Positions 1 to 13,831 of a stretch of DNA of 44,225 bases are shown here, piece by piece. The stretch covers positions 1 to 44,225 of the forward strand of contig JAQGDQ010001366.1 in assembly GCA_030141605.1 (NCBI GenBank), read 5' to 3'. The first letter of the stretch is position 1, and each line of letters begins with the position of its first letter. The stretch is from Tubiluchus corallicola. Its lineage: Eukaryota; Animalia; Priapulida. Made by a program: the position numbers and the translations under genes. The notes beneath the pieces were generated by a model, which saw only the letters and a program-made list of their open reading frames with translations, made no database searches and was not told where the DNA came from.

Positions 1-726
1 ACCTAAAAGATGCTAGGGGACATTTCAACCTTGAAGATACGTGTGATGTCTGCTTGATGGCATGTTGCATAAACAATATATGTGTGCTTGCAAACCAAAA
101 CCGTTCATAAGTCGGCATAGTTAAAATTGTGTTACGATGCTTCAAACTAGAATGACCCAAAAACTTTTTCATATTTTACACAAACAAACGCTAAATATCT
201 TGGACTTTTATATTCTAGCATCAAATTATCAACAATATGTTCGAAAAACACTAAAAATCGAATTTTATAATTGTGAAGGTACCCACTTTTCTGATTAGAA
301 ACTAGTACTGCAATTGTAAAAAACTTGTATTTTCAAACTCCGATAATAGGTCATGGAAGCAGTCATTTCACTTCGAAGTTTTCTGTTGCCAAGCCCAGAT
401 CTTCGTAAGGAAAGGCCATCTACTGGATTTAAACATAATTTCGATGTGTTATTGCAAAGTTGATAGCAACCAACATTTGTGCGGTTGCTAAGTGTTTTGT
501 AGAGACCCGACAAACAACAATGGCTGACTTTAACAGTGAATTTCTCAAGATTATTTTTTTCAGTGTGTCAGTGTGCAGCCTGCACCTCAACTTCAATGTG
601 GATTATCTCAGCTTAGAAACAACATAGAGAGATGAGCTTGGTATCAAAATGATCCTCATGAAATGGAGATTAAAGATATGTGAATAACTAGAAAACCTCA
701 ATTGCCGACTTGTGGACCATTACGCT
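1..726. mobile_element. Possible right end of a non-autonomous DNA transposon (left end not visible)
   Basis: TGCCGACTTGTGGAC at about 701-715 is an imperfect inverse of GTTCATAAGTCGGCA at about 103-117, and the segment ends in ...CATTACGCTA. No TSD can be checked. Confidence 0.25.
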
Positions 727-1199
727 ATGCAAGCACACATATAACAAAAATTCTGGAAGGACAAATATTGTGTTTTTTGAAGCAATTTTTCTGTTTGCGG
801 AAATAGCTAACACAAACGACTATTACTGGTTAACTCTGGTTTGTGTTATGTTCTTTCAGGAATAAACAAATGTGTTCTCTGGAAATACAAACAGAGCACT
901 GAGCACAGTAAACTAGCAAACATTGGTTGAAAGTTGGTCTAATTGTTGCATGCTGCATGGAGTGGAAAATGAAGAACTAGGCAAACTGAGGATTACAAAT
1001 TTGACAAAAATGTCCATGTATCCTAATAGAAAATCTTTAACAAAAACCATAAACAGTAGAAAAGCTTTACAAACTATTGTTTATTTCAGGCAGCATGGGC
1101 AGTTGTCTAAGTGTTGCTATGTTCTAGAAAAACAAGGGACGTCCCGCCTGTTGATGCCACGCATTCCTGTCCACCCCACCACCCATGATGGATCATTCC

Positions 1200-2700
1200 T
1201 CGTTGTAGAGTTGTATTTGCTAAACCTTTTTGCAGTATAAAATATTCGTGAGTAGCTGACCTCCTCTCGGCTTTTTTGTCGTTTCAAGAGTTTTACCAAA
1301 TGTTATACGAAGAGGTATAGACTATTGAGGTAATCTTAGTGCATGTCCAATCCAATGCAATCTTCTTGCTTGTATTTGTTTACTCCAAGGATTCTTCTTG
1401 ACCACATCATACAGATCATCATTGGATAGTCTGTCAGACCATTTAATCTTAGTGCATGCCCAATCCAATGCAATCTTCTTACTTGTATTTGTTTACTCCA
1501 AGGATTCTTCTTGACCACATCATACAGATCATCATTGGATAGTCTGTCAGACCATTTAATCTTAGTGCATGCCCAATCCAATGCAATCTTCTTACTTGTA
1601 TTTGTTTACTCCAAGGATTCTTCTTGACCACATCATACAGGTCATCATTGCATATTCTGTCAGGCTATTTAATCTTAGTTTATGCTCAATCCAATGCAAT
1701 CTTCTTGCTTGTATTTGTTTACTCCAAGGATTCTTCTTGACCACATCATAGAGATCATCATTGGATATTCTGTCAGACCATTTAATCTTAGTGTATGCCC
1801 AATCTAATGCAATCTTCTTACTTGTATTTGTTTACTCCAAGGATTCTTCTTGACCACATCATACAGACCATCATCATCATCATCATCATCATCACCACCA
1901 CCACAGGAAGAGGAGACTCTTGAGGTAATCTTAGTGCATGCCCAATCCAAAGCCATCTTCTTGCTTGTATTTGTTTACTCCAAGGATTCTTCTTGACCAC
2001 ATCATACAGATACAGACCATCATCATCATCATCATCATCACCACCACAGGAAGAGGAGACTCTTGAGGTAATCTTAGTGCATGCCCAATCTATGCAATCT
2101 TCTTACTTGTATGTGTTTACTCCAAGGATTCTTCTTCACCACATTATACAGATCATCATTGGATATTCTGTCAGACCATTTAATCTTAGTGCATGCCCAA
2201 TCTAATGCAATCTTCTTACTTGTATTTGTTTACTCCAAGGATTCTTCTTCACCACATCATACAGATCATCATCAGACATTCTGTCAGACCATTTAATCTT
2301 AGTGTATGCCCAATCCAATGCAATCTTCTTACTTGTATTTGTTTACTCCAAGGATTCTTCTTGACCACATCATACAGATCATCATCATCATCATCATCAT
2401 CACCACGGGAAGAGGAGATTCTTGAGGTAATCTTAGTGTATGCCCAATCCAATGCAATCTTCTTACTTGTATTTGTTTACTCCAAGGATTCTTCTTGACC
2501 AATTCATACATCATTGGACAGTCTGTCAGACCTTTAATTCTGGGTAATTTTCTGCAGAAACATCCTTGAAAAGCGTCAATTTGCTTCTGCAGTTTAACTT
2601 TTATTGTCCAATGCTCAGCATTGTACAAAAACACAGGTTCAAAACTAAAGTTGAAAGGAACCGGACTTTGATCTCAAGGGAAAGTCTATTGTTTTCTGAA
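1200..2700 (-). mobile_element. RTE-clade LINE 3' remnant (ORF2 C-terminus, disrupted) with internal tandem amplification
   Basis: The minus strand reads ...RLSLEIKVRF.. / FLYNAEHWTIKVKLQKQIDAFQ..RKL..IKWSDRLSNDDLY....IQVRRLHWIGHALRLPQ*..KKPRGGQLLT, the typical post-RT tail of RTE ORF2. It contains stops and frameshifts and is homologous to 31640-31968. Confidence 0.85.
1330..2520. repeat. Tandem array, about 113-bp unit (about 10 copies, some longer variants with a (CAT)n tract), derived from the RTE remnant
   Basis: AATCTTAGTGCATGCCCAATCC recurs at about 1332, 1445, 1558, 1671 and onward. Three units carry (CAT)n-CACCAC..GAAGAGGAGA..CTTGAGGT instead. Confidence 0.95.
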
Positions 2701-2857
2701 TTGTTTATAGTATCGGAAGCGACACTGTTGTCATCTGTTGTTCTCAGAATGGGTTGTCAAGTTCAGACAAGTAAAAGACCATCAGTAAATGTTTCGTAGC
2801 TACATATACATGTGCAATTACTGATTAGTCTGTGAAATGAATAATACTCAAACGTAC

Positions 2858-2890
2858 CTCATCAAAGAGTTCTTTCCAGTGCCGATTCTC
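2858..2890 (-). CDS. Candidate 33-bp micro-exon encoding ENRHWKELFDE
   Basis: Strong acceptor (ttttatgtttcctttcag) and donor (GAG|gtacgt) on the minus strand. Length is divisible by 3 and the exon is open in phase 0. Confidence 0.5.
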
Positions 2891-3136
2891 CTGAAAGGAA
2901 ACATAAAAAGTTGAAGCCAAGTACACAAAGCTAGTACCAAGCACACTGTTAATTTAAAGCTAGTCAGAGCAATACTTGATGCAATAGTATGGAAAAAACA
3001 AGGTTGATTTGAAATGAAAACCAAAAAAATAAATAATGTGCTGGCTGCTTGTTATAAAAATGTTTAGAAATTTGGAAAATAATCATATGAAGCAACCAAT
3101 AGTTAACACTGTGTGTTTATGAATATATATATATTT

Positions 3137-3723
3137 ATTAAATTCACAGCCCACAATAACTGGAATAAAATAAGTGCTCAAGTAAAAATACACAAAACTA
3201 TTTATAGTTTCAAAAAGTACTTGAAAAGGACCATTTTTGATTCATACTTATAATACAATTTTAATGGTTCCATATCTCATGCAGTCGCAATATATGGCCT
3301 CCAATCAATTATAATGTTATTTTAATATACTTCTATGTAAATTAAACATACACTGCAGTCATTTCTTCTCCTCTTTTCCTTCTTCCTATCCCTAATCTTA
3401 CTATTTTTTCCATTCCATCATGTCTACTAACCCTAACCATTCTTTCGTTCACTCATCCTCCCCTCCCTTCCTTCTTCCTATCCCTAATCTTACTATTTTT
3501 CCATTCCATCATGTCTACTGACCCTAACCCTTCTTTCATTCACTCATTTCTGCCACCCTAACAAGCCAAGCTTTCAAGGTGTCATACAGCAACTCTTTTA
3601 TTTGGTTAATTTGACTTCATCAACGTTTTTTTACCTATACTGTTTCTTTTTTTCAATAATATTGTATGTTGATGTATTGTATATCTATTGCTGCAGTGAA
3701 ATAAATTGATTGATTGATTGATT
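3137..3723 (+). mobile_element. L2/CR1-type LINE 3' fragment
   Basis: Encodes IKFTAHNNWNKISAQVKIHKTIYSFKKYLKRTIFDSYL* (WN..FKK.LK C-terminal motif). The 3'UTR has an internal ~93-bp duplication (3378-3548) and ends AATAAA-(TTGA)n. Confidence 0.75.
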
Positions 3724-4604
3724 TTCAAAGTTTCATTTGTTCGCTAAAATTATATTAACAATACAAATAAAAGCAAATTCCTTCACCATATATAATTATT
3801 ACATTAAAACATTTAGTGATATTATATATTACTATATATTATATTATTATTATATATATATTACTATATATTATTATAATATATTAAACTATATTATAAG
3901 CTCTGCGCAAATTTTATCCACTATTGCCTTGGCCACATTAAAATGACCTAAATATCTTAATTTTGCACAATGTGCTAATCCACGTACATACACGCACGCA
4001 CATGCTTGCACACCCTCACACACATGCACGCGCACACACACACACGTGACTTTGCTCAACAAAAAAGAACTAACTGCACAAAAATAGTTACCATGGCTGC
4101 GACACTGTTTTTTTAAAGTGCTAATGCACTTAACAGGAATTGAACACTGGACTTATCCTAAATTAAACACAAGGAGCACCATTACAGTTTATTTAAAGTC
4201 CAAACCAAACTTCACTACCACCATTATGTATATACATATATTTCGAAACGTTCATACGATATACGAAATCCGTTAATCGGTGTAAACATAACAGCATGCA
4301 CTTTGCCCCTGTAAGGATTGGTTAGCTTATTTAGCCAACTGTAGGCAGATGGGATACAAATCTTTTGCACAGCATTATATTGAGGTGGTAATTTCTGTTG
4401 AAATAATGCAATAATTTTCACCTGGTTGCGCAAAGTTTGACGCTCAAAAACAATGAAAGCTTCGATCAAATTTAGAATCTCTCCTTAAAAACTACGTCGC
4501 ATTACGTTTCAAATAGAATTACTGTTAGAAATGAGAATGCCGATGATAATAATATTTTCATGGGCTAAAGTCCCTACATACAAGAAATTAGTTCGTCAAG
4601 TGCA

Positions 4605-5007
4605 TTAGGGTTAGGGTTGGGGTTCTGGTTACGATTAGGGTTACGTCTAGGGCTAAGGTTAGGGTTAGGATTAGAGTTAGGATTACAGTTAGGACTAGAG
4701 CTAGAGCTAGGGCTAGGATTAGGGCTAGGGCTAGGATGAGGATTAGGGTTAGAGTTAGGGCTAGGGCTAGGGCTAGGGCTAGGGCTAGAGCTAGAGCTAG
4801 GGCTAGGGTGAAGATTAAGTTTAGAGGTAGGGCTAGGGTTAGGATTAGGGCTAGGGTGAGGATTAGGGTTAGAGTTAGGGCTAGGGCTAGGGTGAAGATT
4901 AAGTTTAGAGGTAGGGCTAGGGTTAGGTTTAGGGCTAGGGTGAGTATTAGGGTTAGAGTTAGGGCTAGGGCTAGGGCTAGGGTTACGGATAGGGTTAGGA
5001 TTAGGTT
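4605..5007 (+). repeat. Interstitial degenerate telomere-like hexamer array (TTAGGG/CTAGGG variants)
   Basis: About 65 hexamers such as TTAGGG, CTAGGG, TTAGGA and CTAGAG, with duplicated higher-order blocks. Confidence 0.9.
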
Positions 5008-5306
5008 ATTTAAATAGTGTGAGGAATTGTAAACTCTTTCCTTGTCAGGTTAAACACTAGCAGTGTGAGAAATTATATGCTAATAGGTAAAAATTTATCA
5101 TATAAAGGCATAATTAAATTTTAAGAATTGCACTGCAGAGCTGGTGTAGGTGCCTGTGTATGCTAAAACATACAAGAGTGAATCTAGCTAGCCAACAGCC
5201 CATCTAGGAAGCCAAAAGCCCATCTAGGAAGCTGTCTTGGCCAACTATATGAACACAGAGCTTCCTTTAATTTTTCACATATGCTGGTTTTACACACGTA
5301 GGGTGA

Positions 5307-5674
5307 TGAGCCTTTTCATAATTCAGTGATTGATGATGATCGTGAAAAGGTCAAAAGTTAAGTGTAGTAGACAACGCATTTGTGTACACTTGCAACGCCT
5401 CATAGACCATGATACTGTAATACTAATTAAAAAAGTGACAAATGCTAGCTATAAAACCTTATCTAGTTCATTTTGTCTGGTTCCCAAGCAAGATTTCTCA
5501 AAAACTAATGCATAATTAAGTCAACTCCATGTAAAAGAACTGAAGTTATTGAACTGGGCTTTGCTTTACCCACATGTCACGTGACGGTTGTAACTAGGAC
5601 GCGTTGCTGTGGCTCACTTAACCTTTGACCTATAGCAACTGTGCATGCGCACAATGAAACAATGAAAAGGCTTA
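5307..5674. mobile_element. MITE-like element (family D, intact copy)
   Basis: Terminal inverted repeat AGCCTTTTCAT/ATGAAAAGGCT and subterminal inverted repeat AGGTCAAAAGTTAAGTG/CACTTAACCTTTGACCT. A second, interrupted copy lies at about 32720-34143. Confidence 0.7.
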
Positions 5675-6378
5675 TAAACTAATCATTTATATAAAACATG
5701 CAATGTACAAATTAAAACGGAATCAGCCAAAAAACAAAGCATGCAAACAGAATGTGAGAATGCAACAAAGCATGCAACTACATGCAGCTATAAAAACATA
5801 CCATTTTTACACTGAAGCAAATAACGCCTCTTGGAAATACTCTGGCTTAAAATTCATTTGCATTCAAACAATGCGGTGAAAATAACCGTTTATGCGGGTA
5901 CATTCACTTTAACTGCACTTATTAGCACTTCCTTTCACAAATTAATCATGTTACACGCATTGGATGCAATGTACTGACCAAATAAAATAAGGATCAGATT
6001 TAGATTTTTTGTAAATGTATTACAACATTTATGATAGCCAACTGAAATCATAGAATGAAACAAAATCTGTATTTATGTTACAGTTATTGTTTTATAATTA
6101 CACTGATGAACTTGTCAACTTCTAGGTTACATTATTAAAGTACAGAGTGCAAGAAATGTGAAACCCTGGGAACGTGGTTCTAAACTTACATTCAACCAAA
6201 ATTCATATATGCGTATAAACTGGACGTCTGACAAACCAAGGAGAGGTATGCACAGGTACAATCAGTTCACAAATTAAACGTAATTAAAACCAGCAATCTA
6301 ATGTAACTGCAGCCAATTTGGACTTCAATTTTGGCTTCATATTGTTCCATTATGATGTGACAGAGTGGCTTCACATAT

Positions 6379-6868
6379 TAGGCCGACAATAAAAATATTT
6401 CTGTTTCCGACTAATTGCAGATAATATTTTTTTATCGCTCACCCGGCTAGAAATTTTATAATTTTTCTTGTGCGTTCATATACTTGCTTGACGCAGTCAT
6501 ATAAAAGCAGGTTTTTAATTTAAAACGTTAAACACAATAATTATTATAACATCGTTCTTTCGGGGAATGCAGGACGCGGCCATGTTTTTCCACGGCTAAC
6601 TCTCGGCCAGGGTTGAAGTATTGTATGATGCTCACTGTATTGGAGGCTAAAAAGCATCGAATTTTCTGCCAAATCGGTGTGTTAACAGCAAAGAAGTGTT
6701 GCCACTTATACCATAATTATCAGAACATACACGAACATTCCACTATTCAGCTGCGAACATTCATAATGCTTAAAAAAATTTTTTGAAAAAAAAGTTCCTC
6801 CCTCCCTCCCTACTGACATATTTTAAGTTCATAAGTAAGATAGAAACAAAAATTTATGGCCGGCCTTA
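6379..6868. mobile_element. Degenerate non-autonomous TIR element (possibly hAT)
   Basis: Imperfect TIRs TAGGCCGACAATAAAAATATTTCTGTTTC / GAAACAAAAATTTATGGCCGGCCTTA. Both flanks contain CATAT. Confidence 0.45.
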
Positions 6869-8699
6869 CATATACCTTTTGCTTGTTATAATTGCCAAAT
6901 TCAGTGTAAAAATGGTAAGATCATAAAGTTAGTAGATTTAGTGTGAATATCCAATGCGTTGATTAACATCAAAAACAATGGAATTGAAATGTAACAACTG
7001 TATTGATAGTATAGGCATGCATCAACTAAATTTGGTTATAATTACAAAATATTTCTATAACAAAGTGTCTAAATATCATTTCAGAGGCAGCTTGATATTT
7101 ATTAATACATTAATAACTATGTAATACAGGCCTTAAGTTGAAGTGTGTGATCTACAGACACGTATGCAAGAGATGTATTTAATAAGTTCTATTCAAAAAC
7201 CATTTTTCGTACAAAAAATGTAAAAAAATGAATTTTAAAACTTGCGAAGTTTTTATTGGTTATTAACACTATGTAAAATTTTAGGTTTAGTGTTTAAAAT
7301 CTACTATTATTAATTATAAATACTTTGTGGGTGATTTGAGGTACTAAATTAGTTATTTTTATACACGGCCATTTTTATCGAAACCTTCATATTTTTTGTT
7401 ACAAAGGTATTGCCCAACTCAGTTTTAACTTATAACATAAAGTCATGTAACTTATAACATAACATGTGGTTTATATTGCTTTGAAAGTCTCAGCACAAAC
7501 TCGTTAGGTTTGCATTAAGATCACACAATATCTTTGAGTGAGAATAACATTTGTCTTAGCAGTATGAGATTTTAAACAAAAATATCAGAATGGCGTTTAA
7601 CATGGAGAACATAATGATAATATCGTTTTACAAAAAACAATACCATTTGGCTTTCAAAAATTTAGTGTTTAAGGTAATATTCTGACTTATAGTAAACAAA
7701 TAAATAAGTTGATCACAATAACCAAGCTGATTCTATGCACAAAAATTTGACAATGATGTCTTTCAAATGCTTTTCAACCTCAATGCAAGTTTTTCATGCA
7801 GACAGCATTACAGCTGATTTATCATTATGATACAGTGCGATATTAAATTTTGAGAAACTCAAATAATTTTATTACTCAAAATTTCCTATGCTGATTAGCA
7901 TTTTGACTGATATTGTTATATTTCCAAAGATTTTTTTACTGCAAGAATCAAGATGCTACTTTTTAGGCACTTTGTTACAGAGACTGCCAACGGCTATTTA
8001 TAAAAATTAAATTATTGGGTTAATAATTAGCTTAATCTAGAAAAGCCAACACCCAACACGTGCATTCATCAGTGAATCAAGTTCTACCGGTTCGGCCATG
8101 TCCAAGAAATCAGTGGCACTTCACAAGAAATTTTTAATCCACCATAAATTGCAACTGCTAGCTGTACACTCAAATTATCTGCCGTTTTTAAATTAAGGCA
8201 CTTGTACGTTTCGACATTGTTCGATTTTCACCACATCGTTCTGTTTACAGCTTGTTTTGGAAAGTGAAATCACTAATCACTTAGTGTAACGAGTACGATA
8301 TGGTGGCGTCATCTCTCGTCGTCTGAAATAACATCGGACCTGGCGTCATAAACCAGTCAATTAATAGACATATTTCTGAAATCATTCACAATCATTATTG
8401 AGAGATCATAGCTTACTAAACGTGAGCTAAATCGTTTACTTCATATTTTACATTACATTCGCCTCATTTTTAAACTTACTAAATAAAAGGACTACGACCT
8501 TTTGGCTTCATCGAATTTAACGTCACGTTTTCGTGTCTTAACAGGCTGAACCAAGAAGAGACAAATGCAATCAGTTTACAGACTGTTACAATCTAGTCAA
8601 GTTGAAATGGAAACCGCTAATTGATCAGTAACAATTTGCAGGGTTGGTGACAATTATATCTATCCAATAACATCCGTTTTCTTACACCCAGCAAATTGC

Positions 8700-9018
8700 C
8701 GTGACAATTAACTCTACCCTATGATAACGCAGCCATGCATTTATCATTGATAAACTTTATGTTCCTTCTTGCTGGGAACTTCCATAAAAGCGAACCATTT
8801 GACAAAATCTTCTTACAAGGTATACAAACTATTACAATTGGTGAATATTTGCTAATAATCATGGTATTTTATTTCTTTAATTTCGACCAAGCCACATACT
8901 TTCTTACCTGCACAAGTTCTATGTAAATTATTTTTATGTGTACAACTGTACATGTGTTACGTGTCTTCTATGATTTTTTGAGTTGGAAATAAATTTTACT
9001 TACATACTTACTTACTTA
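8700..9018 (+). mobile_element. Non-LTR retroelement 3' tail remnant
   Basis: Ends GTTGGAAATAAA followed by (TTAC)n. The 5' boundary is uncertain. Confidence 0.4.
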
Positions 9019-9941
9019 AGCCTGTCTGGGAGTTAAAGATGTTACACCCAATGAGGTAAGGTTGTTTGAAACTGACACGTTACTTCAGACTTGCAAGAAT
9101 GTCTTGTAAAGTTTATTTGGGTGGTCGACTTGTTGCACTTGACTAGATTGTACTTGAGTCATAGATATAATACAGCTTGATTAGTGAACTAGTTGGGCAA
9201 GTTAGGAAGACGGCGCAGAGGAGAGCAAAAAGAGAGTGTTCAGATTAGCAGAACGCCAGAGTTATGGCGAGGAGATTTGTTGTTTTATTTTGTTAAATGC
9301 TATTTGTTTTTTTAAATCACTTTTAATAATCACAATTCTACAAACTGTAACAGACTCACTTTCTGCATGTGATTAAGCTAGGAATAGTTTTTTTATATCG
9401 TTTTTATCAATTTTGTCTTCGTTGCTTTTGAACTGCTTGACTAAGCACATTTTTAAAGCAACCTGCAGAAGAATTTTATTGTATATCATCAGCATATTTC
9501 GTATTTTTTATTTGTTTTTAAATGTTGATTTCATTATTGTGTTTGTGGGGGGAAGCGTCTTGCTATTTTAGCTGAAATTATGCAAAATTTGCTGAAAGTA
9601 ATTTAGGTTTAATAACGAATAATTGCGGCTTCTTCTTTCATAGACATTAATTCGCAGAGAAATTGGTTAAAATCACAATATTCAGAACTAAAATTCAAAA
9701 TCATAATCAAACTGCTTAGGCGGGAGGTTTAAATGAAACTTCGTGTAATATGGCCATAACAATAATGAAATGTTTATTTATATTTATTTATTTATTTATA
9801 TTTCTCAATATGTTTTCCACACTATAAGAGTGTTTCAATCTCAAGCAAATGTATTTAGCCAATCAAGTTTTATCGAAACATTGCAGTCGGTGGTTCATGG
9901 TCTTTTTGCTGCCATGATTCTTGGTAAAATTACATTATTAA

Positions 9942-10760
9942 TCCTTAGTCGACCAAGGTGGGGTAAAAATGACCCCAATCAGTGTTTGCTCACATTTTTT
10001 ATATTGACGCACATAACGAAAATTTTTCAAATTAGTAGTGATTAAATATTTTTCGATTTGTCATGCAACCTTATCCTGGGTTTGTTCAAAAGTATTATTC
10101 ATGCTTTTTTACAAAGCACGAGTGTTAGTGTTAGATACTATTTGATGTAGCGTAACCTATTACCCCTCCCTCCATGGTTTTTTATGTAGGCGAAATTTTG
10201 GAATTTACTTTGCAGTATTTTTCTTTCTGGCAGCACCATGTGTGTTTACTTTTAGAACTGAGAAGTGCTGCAAACCTCCATTACTGACTGCATTTCTGCA
10301 AAGAGATTTTTCTAACGATCTTTTGAGGAAATTTTATATTGATTTTATGAACATTCTTCAAGTAGTAATATGGCAGGAATTTTAGTTGTACAGGTGGCTA
10401 AGCTTGAAGCTGATGAAGATGAAATTTTAGAAGATCCAGTAAGTGAAGACGAAGTGGATGCCTTAGAATTAAACAGTGAATTAGGCCAGGCTATTATAAA
10501 AATTTTCACAAGACTTGAAAAACCAAGCTTAAATTAATATAGCATCAACAACATAGTGGAAAGCTTCCTTTTATCCTTGGCACTCTCACGTATCTATGCT
10601 AACTTGACCCAGAACTTGGTTTCGTACTAATAGGAGCGCCTCAATTACCAGTTGGTCATTCTGTCCAGTTAGTAACACATACTAAACAAAACTTTCATGG
10701 GGTAATTTTTACCTTGCTTGGCCCTTATTGTAACATAAAAACCCCTTGGTTGGTTAAGGG
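9942..10760 (+). mobile_element. Non-autonomous piggyBac-like element
   Basis: TTAA at 9938-9941 and 10761-10764. TIRs TCCTTAGTCGACCAAGG / CCTTGGTTGGTTAAGGG, with subterminal GGGGTAAAAATGACCCC / GGGGTAATTTTTACC. A short acidic remnant (EADEDEILEDPVSEDEVD, about 10400-10460) resembles a piggyBac transposase N-terminus. Confidence 0.8.
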
Positions 10761-12655
10761 TTAAAAAAGTTGAGTGCTCGCACTTGATTCTTCATTAAAC
10801 GTTTTTGCAAATTTGTCACCCATTCGTTTAGCCAAAGAACAAATTGTCAGGTTCATTATTCAGTGGGTTGCCTGACTGCCCCATCCAACCTACGCAGTGC
10901 CTTGAGAATTTAGCAACAAAGGCTGCTGTTGGTACAGCGAGGTACGATTTACGTTTTAAAAACACTGGCTACCGAGTAGAATAGACGTCAAACATGTTGG
11001 TCTATCGCTGCGCCCCTGCTGTGATGTAAGCACGCTCAGCAGCATTCGCGACAACAGCTCACGCAGGACAACAACTGTCTAAGCTAAACTAAACTGAACT
11101 AAACAACATGACAGTCACAACTGATGTCTAATCAGCAGATAAACTGATTACGCTTTTTCATATGCAGAGCAGCAGCTATTTTTAAACGAAATTAACACTT
11201 TAAGTTGCCAAAAAATGACTTTTAAATTTTAACAGAATGTAGAGACGAAGTTTCAAAGCACTACAAAATACAGACACACAAGTATAATAAAGAAACTAAG
11301 CCAGTTAGACTTGCTTTACAATAAATGAGCTACAAAAATATTAAGTCTCTCTTGCCTTTGAACATACGAACATCAAGCCTGCGATGTATTTTTCTATATT
11401 AACTGATCATGTGCTCGTCTGCAAGATTTATTCAGTTTTTGTATTTTTCCGTTTGTCAGGCTACAGAAATGGAGTAAATTTGACTGTTCTATTCCATAAA
11501 CAACCCTTATATTGAATTCAGGAGTTACATAAGCCCCAATGGCATCTTTTAACCTTGATTATAAAGAGAAAAATAGCTAATACTAAATTGATATATAATA
11601 TAAGTTTTGGCCACATTTGAATTAATTTTGACTGTGAAGATCTCATTGAGGTTTATAAAACTGACCAGAAAAGAAAACATTTTGTTTTGTCCTTATTTAA
11701 AGTTAATCAAATAGTTGTTTCTATCTAAACTTGTCAAGCCATAAAGTAAACTAAACTGCGTATTTTCTTGATTGCAAAATGGTTTAATCAGCAACTCATA
11801 GACGTAAGCGTTGTGTATTTCTTCCTATAAACGAAACTGAACTATATATTTCCACTAATTCACTTGCAATTTCAATTGACAATAATGAAATCTAGAAACA
11901 GGCCAATATTTCATTCTCAAACTCACGAAAAGTTGAGCATTTTTCATAACAGTGTTAGACGCAGCTGTAGCTAAATATCCCGAATGTACCTGCGTTAATT
12001 AAGCTCTGCAGGGGTGTGAAATAACTTGCACGCTGATTGGGCAGTCAACGAAAATGATTGACATTGTTAGACGTCAATTAAGTGTATATATATATATATA
12101 TATATATAAACTGTTATTTTTCACATACAAAGTTTTACACGATCTCACTGCAGTCTACTTGTCTGATAGGTAACAAACACAACTACTGTAGCAATGAATG
12201 GGCAAGAAAATCTTCCTGTAATGAACTTTTGGTACATTTTAATAGAAAAAGACTTTTGAGGACCTTGGATTGTCTTCTGCTGCATCAATATATTGGAATT
12301 CCTTGCCTCAAGACCTCAAAACTGTTTCTACTGTGGAACTATTTCAAAAACAGTTGAAAAACATCTCTTTAAAAATCATTACGAACAATTCCAACTGTTG
12401 TAAACTCGAGTAATGACCTATTTTTTACCATAACTTCTGTCTTGTAGGCAGTTTGTGCGTTTTGTGCGAAATTTTTAATAATTTTATTAGCTACAATAAT
12501 ATTATCATTTTATTTAAATTTAATAATTGTTTTTTTAATTTCATCAACGAAATAACCTTGTAATAAAGATAACAAATGATTATAATTTTTGATAGTTTAT
12601 TACCTTGACGCTGAAACTGGTACGTACCTTGATCTTTGTATTTGCTTCTTGTATC

Positions 12656-13287
<632 letters not shown>

Positions 13288-13727
13288 CTTGTATCTAAGA
13301 AAAACGGGTTGAACATTTTTTGATCAAGCACTCTTGTCATAGATTTTACAGACACCTAATGGTGATTAGATAGGTGCTTAATTTAGCTGTTAGTTGGCAA
13401 AGTTGTTTTGTAAGTAATAAATTTCAGCTGGGTTTAATTAAAAGATTTCCTCGCATTTCTATCACTGTAAAATTATTCCAATTTGTAATACATTATAATA
13501 TTATAATTTAATAATTTTATTAGCTTTTATAATACATTTTGTATTTTTTTTGTACAATTGTAACTACACCATTGAAAGTGTTTTTCTCACTTTGTTAAAT
13601 TCATTGATTTATTATTATTATTATTCATAATCAACAGCATTGGTAAAAGTTTGTGAAGAAACTAAAAAGAAGAGAAAAATAAAAATATTCTTTAACATCT
13701 TTCAAGAAAATCTTTCAGTTGTCTGAA

Positions 13728-13792
13728 CTATCCTCGTCTTCGGTTCCGTATTTGATTTCTGTTTGATGGAGCGAAGTCTGGAAATTGCCGCC
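13728..13792 (-). CDS. Predicted terminal coding exon of the secreted repeat (peptide-precursor-like) gene: (G)RQFPDFAPSNRNQIRNRRRG*
   Basis: Acceptor attatctgttgcag with the CAG at 13795-13793. A phase-1 join to the donor at 15019 gives ...SYQT-GR-QF..., recreating the GRQ motif of the repeats. TAG at 13730-13728. Confidence 0.65.
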
Positions 13793-13831
13793 CTGCAACA
13801 GATAATATGGAGTCATTTTAAATTCAGTTAA

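Noticed and set aside
923-1299. 105-aa plus-strand and 60-aa minus-strand ORFs
   Set aside because: They have non-ATG starts and no recognisable motif, and they overlap the decayed 3' end of the RTE remnant.
9040-9352. Solo LTR (TGTTACA...TGTAACA with AATAAA on the minus strand)
   Set aside because: The termini are suggestive, but the flanks (AAGA versus GACT) give no TSD and no second copy is in the window.
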